A DNA stretch of 64,000 bases, from assembly GCA_964436255.1 (NCBI GenBank), contig CAYTBW010000004.1:2685-66684 (forward strand), given 5' to 3'. The stretch is from an uncultured Candidatus Saccharibacteria bacterium. GTDB lineage: Bacteria; Patescibacteriota; Saccharimonadia; CAILAD01; JADZBC01. The notes under the pieces are model-generated. The model did no database searches, was not told the DNA's origin, and was given only the letters and a program-made list of their open reading frames with translations. This document shows, one piece after another, positions 47,792 to 55,604 of the stretch. Within the stretch, counting starts at the first letter, position 1. The number at the start of each line of letters is the position of its first letter. Made by a program: the position numbers and the translations under genes.

Positions 47792-47820
47792 TTGTAATTA
47801 TTAATGAATTATCGTATAGT
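47792..47820 (+). promoter_or_regulatory. promoter TTGTAA-17-TATAGT
   Basis: -35 47792-47797, -10 47815-47820; RBS AAGGAG 47852-47857. Confidence 0.5.
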
Positions 47821-47862
47821 ATGCGTGTTCGAGACTCGGACAAGCTGGATTAAGGAGTCGAC

Positions 47863-48183
47863 ATGCCTAGGGACCCGGTAGAAATACTCATGGAGAGCGC
47901 TGTCGAAGCGCTCAAACTCGGAGGAAAGCCGTACCACTCGCAAGCCCAGCAGGCCCACGAACTCCTCGAGAAGAGGATTCGCCTGAACAAGGCGAAGCGA
48001 ACCGATCAGCCCGAACGACTCGAAAGAGCCTGCCGAGACATCGCAGAGCAGCTAGACAGGAGCCACCCCATCGCGGGAGCAACCTGGATGAGCTGGTCAG
48101 CTCAAGTTGCCCAGCGCCAAACAGGACCCGTCAACCGAGGCCATGTTCTGCGCCGTCTCGCAGGCCTGCGAGACGCACGTTGA
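47863..48183 (+). CDS. hypothetical protein (orphan, 106 aa, GC about 60%)
   Basis: ATG 5 nt after AAGGAG; opposite orientation to all neighbours; followed by strong terminator. Confidence 0.55.
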   Translation: MPRDPVEILMESAVEALKLGGKPYHSQAQQAHELLEKRIRLNKAKRTDQPERLERACRDIAEQLDRSHPIAGATWMSWSAQVAQRQTGPVNRGHVLRRLAGLRDAR

Positions 48184-48199
48184 GGCCCCTCCCTACAAA

Positions 48200-48245
48200 C
48201 AAGACCGTTCCATTAAACTGGAACGGTCTTGAATACCTTTTGTGA
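48200..48245 (+). terminator. rho-independent terminator
   Basis: CAAGACCGTTCC-attaaact-GGAACGGTCTTG then AATACCTTTTGTG. Confidence 0.7.
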
Positions 48246-48252
48246 CTTTTAA

Positions 48253-50670
48253 CTAGACTACGATATTAACAAGTTTATTGGGCACAACAATTATCTTATT
48301 CGGCTCACCCTCGTACCAAGCCTTATCTGAGGCTAGCTCCCGAGCTGCTGCTTCTAGAGATTCATTTGTACTACCAGCTGCTGCCATGAATTCTCCACGT
48401 AATTTACCATTCACCTGTACTACGATGGTCACTTCATCTTCTTTGATCATCTCGTTATCGTACTTTGGCCATTCCTGCAGGTGAACACTCTCCTCCTGTC
48501 CAAGCTGCTGCCATAATTCTTCGGCCAAGTGCGGGGTGAAAGGTGCTAAAACTAAGACAAACTGGCCCAAGAATTCTCTCCACACTACTGGAGATACAGA
48601 GCCCTCTCTCTTTACACTAGCAGCGACTTTTACAAGCTCCATCATCGCAGCGATGGCGGTGTTAAACTTAATGCCGCGTAGATCTGATGTTACCTTGCGA
48701 ATAGTCTTATGTAGCTCACGTACAAGTAGCGCCTCCTGTGCGGCCCTTATATCCGCTGGTTCATAGCCTTGATAGAGCTCCCACACCTTGCCAATGAATC
48801 GATACGTACCCTCAAATCTCTGTGGATCCCATGGCCCACCTTCTTCGTAAGGGCCCATGAACATAAGGTAAAGCCGCACCGCGTCAGCACCGTATTTATC
48901 GATATACTCTAACGGATCCACAACATTGCCTTTTCGTTTGCTCATTTTGTCCCCGTCAGAACCAAGAATCATGCCTTGATTGATAAGCTTCTTGAATGGT
49001 TCGTTGAAGTCGATAAGCCCTTCACCATGAAGGAATTTTGTGAAGAATCGAGCATAGAGCAGATGAAGAATGGCATGCTCAATACCGCCCATGTAATTGT
49101 CGACGGGCAACCATTTCTTGACTGCTTCTGGGTCAAACGGACCCTCCGCATAATCTGGGTTCGGATAACGGAGGAAGTACCAGCTAGAGTCCACGAAGGT
49201 ATCCATCGTGTCGGTCTCCCGACGAGCGTCGCCACCGCAGGTGGGACACGGCACGGGCATGTAGTCAGGGTGGCTTACCAGTGGCGATTGGCCTGATTCA
49301 TCAAACTTCTGACCGAGTGGCAACCCGACTGGCAGCTGATCCTCGGGCACAGGAACGACGCCGCAAGCATCACAGTAAATAATCGGAATGGGGGCGCCCC
49401 AATAGCGTTGTCGAGAAATGAGCCAATCACGAATCTTATACTGCACCCTGGTCTCGCCGCTGCCCTCTGATTCGAGTTTCTCAATGATTACCTTCTTCGC
49501 ATCGGCAACGTTCATACCGTCAAGGATTTCAGAGCCAACGAGAAGGCCGTCCCCTGTATAGGCAGATTCCTCGATATTGCCGCCCGATATTACTTCTTTT
49601 ATCTCAATCCCATACTTCGTGGCAAACTCGTAGTCGCGCTGGTCGTGAGCCGGTACAGCCATGATGGCCCCGGTGCCGTAGCCCATTAACACATAGTCGG
49701 CAATCCAGATTGGCAGCTTCTCCCCATTCACAGGATTAGTAGCATACGAGCCAGTGAATACACCCGTCTTGTCCTTGTTCTCTAAGCGGTCCACATCTGT
49801 CTTGGCCCCTGCTGCCTCTACGTACTTTTCGACCTCGGATCGCTGGCCGTCACCGATAAGGCCCTCTACTAGCTCATGCTCTGGTGCAAGAACCAGGAAG
49901 GTTGCGCCATATAGCGTATCTGGTCGAGTGGTGTAGACCTCCAGATTATTACCGTTAGCCAACGAGAATCTTACCTGAGCGCCCTCGCTACGACCTATCC
50001 AGTTTCGTTGCATTGTCTTAACTCGCTCAGGCCAATCTAAACCTTCCATATCATTAAGCAACGCGTCGGCGTAATCAGTGATTTTGAAATACCATTGTTT
50101 CAACTTTTTACGCTCGACTTTCGTGCCACAACGCTCACACTCGCCATGAATAACCTGCTCATTAGCAAGCGCCGTCATGTCCTTAGGGCACCAGTTTACC
50201 AAGCCGTCCTTTTGATAAGCCTTACCAGCCTTGAGCATGCGCAAGAATAGCCATTGCGTCCAGCGATAGTATTCTGGCTTTGAAGTGTCTACTTCTTTAT
50301 CTAAATCGTACATACCACCAAGTCGGAAATATTGCTTACGAAAACGAGATACATTCTCATCGGTCCACACTTCGGCGGGGACACCTTTTTTAATTGCTGC
50401 GTTCTCTGCTGGCAATCCAAATGAATCGTATCCAAGTGGCTGCAGCACGTCTTTGCCGTGCATGCGATTAAACCGCCCTATTGTGTCTGCAGGACCAAAG
50501 TTGTACCAATGACCAATATGCAAATCACCTGATGGGTATGGAAACATCACCAGGTTATAAAACTTGTCTTTTGGACTATCGACAGTTTTATTAAGGCCGG
50601 TCTCGGCCCATACTTTCTGCCATTTTGCTTCGATCTCTTGGGAATTATACTTGGGGGTGTCGTTCTTCAT
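48253..50670 (-). CDS. leuS: leucine--tRNA ligase
   Basis: 805 aa; HIGH (HIGHWYNF), KMSKS (KMSKRKGN), CP1 editing domain. Confidence 0.95.
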   Translation of the reverse strand: MKNDTPKYNSQEIEAKWQKVWAETGLNKTVDSPKDKFYNLVMFPYPSGDLHIGHWYNFGPADTIGRFNRMHGKDVLQPLGYDSFGLPAENAAIKKGVPAEVWTDENVSRFRKQYFRLGGMYDLDKEVDTSKPEYYRWTQWLFLRMLKAGKAYQKDGLVNWCPKDMTALANEQVIHGECERCGTKVERKKLKQWYFKITDYADALLNDMEGLDWPERVKTMQRNWIGRSEGAQVRFSLANGNNLEVYTTRPDTLYGATFLVLAPEHELVEGLIGDGQRSEVEKYVEAAGAKTDVDRLENKDKTGVFTGSYATNPVNGEKLPIWIADYVLMGYGTGAIMAVPAHDQRDYEFATKYGIEIKEVISGGNIEESAYTGDGLLVGSEILDGMNVADAKKVIIEKLESEGSGETRVQYKIRDWLISRQRYWGAPIPIIYCDACGVVPVPEDQLPVGLPLGQKFDESGQSPLVSHPDYMPVPCPTCGGDARRETDTMDTFVDSSWYFLRYPNPDYAEGPFDPEAVKKWLPVDNYMGGIEHAILHLLYARFFTKFLHGEGLIDFNEPFKKLINQGMILGSDGDKMSKRKGNVVDPLEYIDKYGADAVRLYLMFMGPYEEGGPWDPQRFEGTYRFIGKVWELYQGYEPADIRAAQEALLVRELHKTIRKVTSDLRGIKFNTAIAAMMELVKVAASVKREGSVSPVVWREFLGQFVLVLAPFTPHLAEELWQQLGQEESVHLQEWPKYDNEMIKEDEVTIVVQVNGKLRGEFMAAAGSTNESLEAAARELASDKAWYEGEPNKIIVVPNKLVNIVV

Positions 50671-50725
50671 AACGTCTATTGTATCCTAATCTGGTTTGTT
50701 TAGTAAAAGCCGAGGGCAGTAAACC

Positions 50726-50750
50726 AAAAGCCGCCCTGCGGCGGCTTTTG
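50726..50750 (-). terminator. attenuator/terminator hairpin upstream of leuS (also ends the C39-like gene transcript)
   Basis: Minus-strand RNA GCCGCC-GCAG-GGCGGC followed by UUUUGGUUU, about 55 nt upstream of leuS ATG. Confidence 0.6.
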
Positions 50751-50772
50751 GAAAATTACGAGTAACAAAAAC

Positions 50773-50829
50773 CTACCGCGGTGCGCAGAGCAAGAGAGCT
50801 AGTAGGTTGAGTTGTCGCTGAACTTTCAT
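50773..50829 (-). CDS. candidate leucine-rich leader peptide (18 aa) of a leuS attenuator
   Basis: ATG AAA GTT CAG CGA CAA CTC AAC CTA CTA GCT CTC TTG CTC TGC GCA CCG CGG TAG = MKVQRQLNLLALLLCAPR; 6 Leu in 8 residues; preceded by TTGACT-17-TAGACT (+50859-50864 / +50836-50841, minus sense) placing the TSS at the AUG (leaderless). Confidence 0.45.
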   Translation of the reverse strand: MKVQRQLNLLALLLCAPR

Positions 50830-50860
50830 GAGGAAAGTCTAACAATCAAATATATGATAG

Positions 50861-51496
50861 TCAAGATTTAGCTTTGACAAAAATCGCCTGGAGCTTGAAG
50901 TACTCCCAAAAGTACTCAGTACTCACACTCTTTTGTTCTCCGGGCGGAAGAAGCGGATCGACAACTTCTACCGAAGTTCCTGTGTATCCGCTGACCACGA
51001 CAAAGTGACCTATTTCGTTTTCACTAAACCCAGGCTTTACACTTACTATCACAGGTAGGCCATGGTCAAGTGAGCCCTTAATACAATGCCAAGCGCGGTC
51101 CCTTAAAGAACCTTGCTGGCTATTCTCGCTTTCAAGCTGCGAGAGAAAAGCGGAGACTTGCACTTCGTCATAATTCTCATTATCGATAAAGTAGCTCGGG
51201 TCTTGAGATGGAGCCAGCCAGTTTCTACGCCAAGACACAAGGCCGTGATGCTTCAAGGTGCTGACTAACGCAGAATGCTTCCACCCGTATTCGACTATCC
51301 TGCCGCCGAACCCTTCCATTTCATCCACGATAAGTGCTAGGTCAAAGCTATAATCACCGTGTTGAACAAATACATAATCCAAAACCATATTCACAGAAGC
51401 AGGTCCGCACATTCTACGCCGCTGATTTTCTGGTATAGGCGAATCAGGGTCTAACTGCCACACATGGGCAACATCGAGATGCTTCTCGTTCAGCAT
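50861..51496 (-). CDS. peptidase C39-like domain protein
   Basis: CGPASVNMVL catalytic Cys motif, His further downstream; start chosen at MLNEKH to abut murF. Confidence 0.55.
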   Translation of the reverse strand: MLNEKHLDVAHVWQLDPDSPIPENQRRRMCGPASVNMVLDYVFVQHGDYSFDLALIVDEMEGFGGRIVEYGWKHSALVSTLKHHGLVSWRRNWLAPSQDPSYFIDNENYDEVQVSAFLSQLESENSQQGSLRDRAWHCIKGSLDHGLPVIVSVKPGFSENEIGHFVVVSGYTGTSVEVVDPLLPPGEQKSVSTEYFWEYFKLQAIFVKAKS

Positions 51497-51497
51497 A

Positions 51498-52775
51498 CTA
51501 CTGCGCAAAAGCCTTTTTCTTTTTACGGCGCCAGAATGAAGATTGGCGAACCAGGACATCCTGCGGTCGAATAGATTTGTCCAAAATAATCCGGCTCACC
51601 TCTTCGGAGAATACGTTGTTCTGAGAGCCCTTTACGAGAACCGTATCTCCTTTGCCTATTTTCTTCTTCAAAAAGTGGCCAGCCTCGTATGGTGTGCGGA
51701 AAACTTTGACCGAGGAGCGATCCATCCCGGCATCAACTGCTGCTGGCGCCAAATACTTCGCCGCGTCAGGGCCAATAACAATGATCAGGTCGGCAATTTT
51801 GGCAGCTGCCTCACCTACTTCACGGTGTGCCGCCTCGCTCTTGGCGCCTAGCTCGTTCATATTGCCTAGCACTGCGATCTTGCGACCTTGCATTTCACTC
51901 AAAGTTTCGAGGGCAGCAAATACACCAATAGGGCTTGCGGCATTATAGCTATCATCAATTAACCGAGCCCCCTGCACGGCAGGAAGCAAATTCATTCTTC
52001 CCTTCACTGCAGAGACAGTACCTAGCGACTTAATGACTTGAGTATTCTCAACCCCCAGCTCGTGCGCAACGGCGGCGGCGGCGAGCAAAGCTGAGATACT
52101 ATGTCGACCAACAAGCTGAGTTTTTACCTGTGCCTTCTCCCCGAACAATGCAATGTCTGCTGACAATGTGCCGGCGGGCAAACGCTTAGTGGCAACGAGC
52201 AAAACATCGGCCTTAGTCTGTGTGGCGTACGTAGCGGCTGGGCTCAAGCTTGCGTCTCGCAACTCCACAAAGTCAACGTTACAAATTATACTCTGGGCAG
52301 GCTCAATGAGCGTTTTTATGTCAGACGTAATCTTATCGATGTCCTGCATTCTTGCAGTATGGGCCAATGATACCCCCGTAATAACACAAAGCTTTGGCTT
52401 AATGAGTCGCATAAACGGCAGCATCAATTCAAGGTCATCTTCAGCCACTTCCTGCACAAGCACGTCGTAAGGAAAGTCATCTACCATACGATCCATTTCT
52501 TGAAGAATCCTGCGCCAACCGCTTATATTACCTAGCCTGTCTGGAACCTTTAGCCCAAACACACTGAGTGGCAAACCAATGTCACTGTTGTAGCTGTCTT
52601 CGGAATAGCCGACCTTGTAGCCGGCGGCTTGCAGTACGGTCGCTATGGCCACCTTGGCACTGGTTTTACCAACTGTTCCAGTAACTGCCACTACCGTTAG
52701 GTCGTGCTTATTAAAGAGTGTTGAGACTCTTTTAGTTAATTTGCGAACGAGTATTTTTTTTACTATTTGCTTCAT
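51498..52775 (-). CDS. murF: UDP-N-acetylmuramoyl-tripeptide--D-alanyl-D-alanine ligase
   Basis: 425 aa Mur ligase; P-loop VTGTVGKTS. Confidence 0.85.
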   Translation of the reverse strand: MKQIVKKILVRKLTKRVSTLFNKHDLTVVAVTGTVGKTSAKVAIATVLQAAGYKVGYSEDSYNSDIGLPLSVFGLKVPDRLGNISGWRRILQEMDRMVDDFPYDVLVQEVAEDDLELMLPFMRLIKPKLCVITGVSLAHTARMQDIDKITSDIKTLIEPAQSIICNVDFVELRDASLSPAATYATQTKADVLLVATKRLPAGTLSADIALFGEKAQVKTQLVGRHSISALLAAAAVAHELGVENTQVIKSLGTVSAVKGRMNLLPAVQGARLIDDSYNAASPIGVFAALETLSEMQGRKIAVLGNMNELGAKSEAAHREVGEAAAKIADLIIVIGPDAAKYLAPAAVDAGMDRSSVKVFRTPYEAGHFLKKKIGKGDTVLVKGSQNNVFSEEVSRIILDKSIRPQDVLVRQSSFWRRKKKKAFAQ

Positions 52776-52817
52776 ATACTTGAAGCTATTTTAGCATATT
52801 ACTTAGGTTAAGCCGCG

Positions 52818-53243
52818 CTACTTACCGAGCTTTGCAGTAATGGGTGGGACCTTAGCGAGCTGCTTTTCAGCCTTAACGTCCAGTTTATCGAGACGGAGAA
52901 TTTTAACGCCAAAGTAGACTACTGCAGCAATAATTACGAAGTCAATTAGAGTGGCGATAAAGCTGCCTATGGCAACCTCCACAGAACCAACTGTCCACAC
53001 TGCAGTCTTAATACCCTCGGTACGGCCCATGAGTCCACCAATAAGTGGGTTAATAATGTCGTTCACGAGAGAGGTTATCACCTTGGCCACCGCGGCACCC
53101 AAGATGAACCCTACGGCCAAACCGACTACGCCCTGCTCACGAATAAACGTTGCAAAGCCGCCTGCCTGGTTTTTTGCTACAGACTTTGTCTTCTGGGCCC
53201 CGCTCTTAGCTTTTTCCTTGGATTTGCGTACTATTTCTTCCAC
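52818..53243 (-). CDS. mscL: large-conductance mechanosensitive channel
   Basis: FIREQGVVGLAVGFILGAAV... matches MscL TM1; N-terminal extension in track ORF. Confidence 0.8.
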   Translation of the reverse strand: MEEIVRKSKEKAKSGAQKTKSVAKNQAGGFATFIREQGVVGLAVGFILGAAVAKVITSLVNDIINPLIGGLMGRTEGIKTAVWTVGSVEVAIGSFIATLIDFVIIAAVVYFGVKILRLDKLDVKAEKQLAKVPPITAKLGK

Positions 53244-53284
53244 ATCTTCTCCTTATTAGTGTAAGTATACACCATGATAATTTC

Positions 53285-53360
<76 letters not shown>

Positions 53361-53532
53361 ATATTCTCGTATCTACTGATGGTAAAAGTGCATTTTACAA
53401 TTTCGCAGGTATCGCGCTTGGCGTATTGTGTATTCTCAAAGTTTATACAAGCTTCTGGCCAACTAGGCTAAAGCCCCGTACCAACAACATATTTTGGCCT
53501 ATTTAGGCTTCAAAATCAAGATAAGACAGGCT

Positions 53533-53715
53533 CTAGAGCACCGAACCAAGCAGCATCACTACTACCGTGAGCACCACAGAGCCGAGTAAAAAGCCCACAA
53601 AGAACCCTAGACCTAAACGGAAACCGTCCCTGTAAGTATAATGAGCGCTTGTCTCGACCTCGGCGGTCTCAATTTCCTTTTTGAAAAAATCGTCGGCTTT
53701 TTTTACGTTTACCAT
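53533..53715 (-). CDS. possible small membrane protein
   Basis: Track ORF 53533..53760; start at MVNVKK avoids overlap with upstream methyltransferase; single TM. Confidence 0.25.
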   Translation of the reverse strand: MVNVKKADDFFKKEIETAEVETSAHYTYRDGFRLGLGFFVGFLLGSVVLTVVVMLLGSVL

Positions 53716-53722
53716 AACAGGA

Positions 53723-54289
53723 TTATAGCACAGGTGCTTGCTTAACAGAGACCAGTACAACGTTCTTTGGTCCGCGTTTCAGAATCTTGTAGCTCCCGAA
53801 TACTTTAGTCATTTCTCGGGCAACCCAAGGCTTAATCCGGGCTTCGACTACCAACATTAGCTTGCCTTCATCCTCTAAGCGCAGATATGATTCAGCGATC
53901 ATGGTATCGACTACCTCGCGACCCCGGTGGGTCGGTGGGTTAGAACAAATAAGGTTAAACTTTCGGCCATCCTCCAGTTGCGCGTAGCCATGGCTAGCTA
54001 TAACTTCAACATTTGTAAGCTTCTCCGCTTTAGCATTCGCCTGCGTAGCAGCAACGGCCGCTATATCGCTGTCTAATGCTGTAACTTTGGCATGAGGACT
54101 ATTTTTAGCCAGCCAGAGGCAAATTGCACCCCAGCCACAGCCCCAGTCCAACACTTTCTTATACTTTAGCCTTGCAACAGACTCAAGAAGTAGCTGCGAG
54201 CCCATATCAAGAGCTTTGGGCGAAAATAAATCTGGCTGCGTATCGGCCACGATCATCGTGTCCGCGACTTCATAGCTGATTCTTACCAT
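53723..54289 (-). CDS. class I SAM-dependent methyltransferase (RsmC/RsmD-like small-domain rRNA MTase)
   Basis: LDWGCGWGAI (motif I), SNPPTH (motif IV). Confidence 0.65.
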   Translation of the reverse strand: MVRISYEVADTMIVADTQPDLFSPKALDMGSQLLLESVARLKYKKVLDWGCGWGAICLWLAKNSPHAKVTALDSDIAAVAATQANAKAEKLTNVEVIASHGYAQLEDGRKFNLICSNPPTHRGREVVDTMIAESYLRLEDEGKLMLVVEARIKPWVAREMTKVFGSYKILKRGPKNVVLVSVKQAPVL

Positions 54290-55557
54290 TCTAGCGTCTT
54301 TCCAGCTATAACAATCTTAGCCCCCTCCGCACCGCCTTGCCTGCGAATCTCCCGTAGTACACCTCGCTTTTTGAGAATGTCTAGCAGTCGATCTTTGGCT
54401 TGCCACTGCGACAAGTTGCTACGTCTAGCGAAGCCTTCAAGAGCCGCACCAGTAACTTCATACTGGCCATCTTCATTCTTCGTAACTTGCCAGAAGTCCT
54501 GTGTCTGTTCAAGACGAATAACCGGCATCTCGTCGCTGAGCTTTTCCTCCTCCGCCGCCTCTGTTAATTTTTGATCTGCGATTACCACAAGTACGCGACG
54601 CAATAAGACATCAAGATTTGTCTTAGCAACTGCCGAGATAGTATAGATTTCAGACAACTTGCACTTTGCGGCTTTAGCAAGCGCTTTGCGCTTTTCCCCA
54701 AGAGCTGCGTCATCCAGAGCATCAATTTTATTTAGGACAACCACTTGCGGCAGCGCTGCCAAATTCACACGATAGCTTTTAAGTTCTTGCTGGATTGTCT
54801 TGTACGCCGCTACGACATCGTCACTCGAGGGATCAATCATATGGACCAGAACCTTCGTCCGTTCAACATGGCGCAAAAACTCATCCCCCAAGCCCTTCCC
54901 CTCAGCAGCACCCTCAATAAGCCCGGGAATATCAGCGACTAGGAAGGTCTTGCCGTCCATATCCACTACACCAAGATTTGGCACCAAAGTCGTAAATGGG
55001 TAGTCCGCTATCTGCGGCCGAGCATTTGAAATTACACTAAGCAAGGTCGATTTGCCTGCGTTTGGCATGCCAACCAGTCCAACATCAGCCACAAGCTTCA
55101 GTTCTAAATGGAGTTCCTTTTCTTCGCCAGGCTCACCCAGCTCTGCGAATCTCGGTGCCTGTCGAGTTGACGACGTAAAGTGCGCGTTCCCAAAACCACC
55201 TCGCCCGCCATGCGCCACAACGACCTCATCCCCTTCATTCACTAGGTCGGCCAGCAATACACCGTCTGCATAGATGCTCGTACCTGGCAGTACCGTCAAA
55301 ATCATATCATCAGCGTTCTTACCGCGTCTTTCGTTCGATCCGCCATCTACGCCGTTTTCGGCCTTCCAGAGCTTAGCGGAACGAAACTTGGAGAGCGTGG
55401 AATTATTACTGTCAGCCTTCAGCACAACATTAGCACCATTACCGCCGTCTCCGCCGTCCGGGCCACCTTTAGCCTGGCCGTGACGCGAACGAAAGCTTAA
55501 TTTGCCGTTGCCACCCTTGCCGGCAACTACCCTGATTGTTACATTATCGGTAAACAT
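54283..55557 (-). CDS. obg: GTPase Obg/CgtA
   Basis: N-terminal glycine-rich Obg fold (GKGGNGKLSFRS...GGDGGNG), G-domain GMPNAGKST. Confidence 0.9.
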   Translation of the reverse strand: MFTDNVTIRVVAGKGGNGKLSFRSRHGQAKGGPDGGDGGNGANVVLKADSNNSTLSKFRSAKLWKAENGVDGGSNERRGKNADDMILTVLPGTSIYADGVLLADLVNEGDEVVVAHGGRGGFGNAHFTSSTRQAPRFAELGEPGEEKELHLELKLVADVGLVGMPNAGKSTLLSVISNARPQIADYPFTTLVPNLGVVDMDGKTFLVADIPGLIEGAAEGKGLGDEFLRHVERTKVLVHMIDPSSDDVVAAYKTIQQELKSYRVNLAALPQVVVLNKIDALDDAALGEKRKALAKAAKCKLSEIYTISAVAKTNLDVLLRRVLVVIADQKLTEAAEEEKLSDEMPVIRLEQTQDFWQVTKNEDGQYEVTGAALEGFARRSNLSQWQAKDRLLDILKKRGVLREIRRQGGAEGAKIVIAGKTLEW

Positions 55558-55604
55558 AATATTGACATTATAGCATCACAGTTGTATTGCTACAAGATTT
55601 GTGC

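Noticed and set aside
50671-50860. T-box riboswitch upstream of leuS
   Set aside because: The leader is only about 130 nt and carries ACCGCGG but not the AGGGUGGNACCGCG T-box consensus. There is no Stem-I/specifier architecture. A Leu-rich leader-peptide attenuator explains the terminator better.
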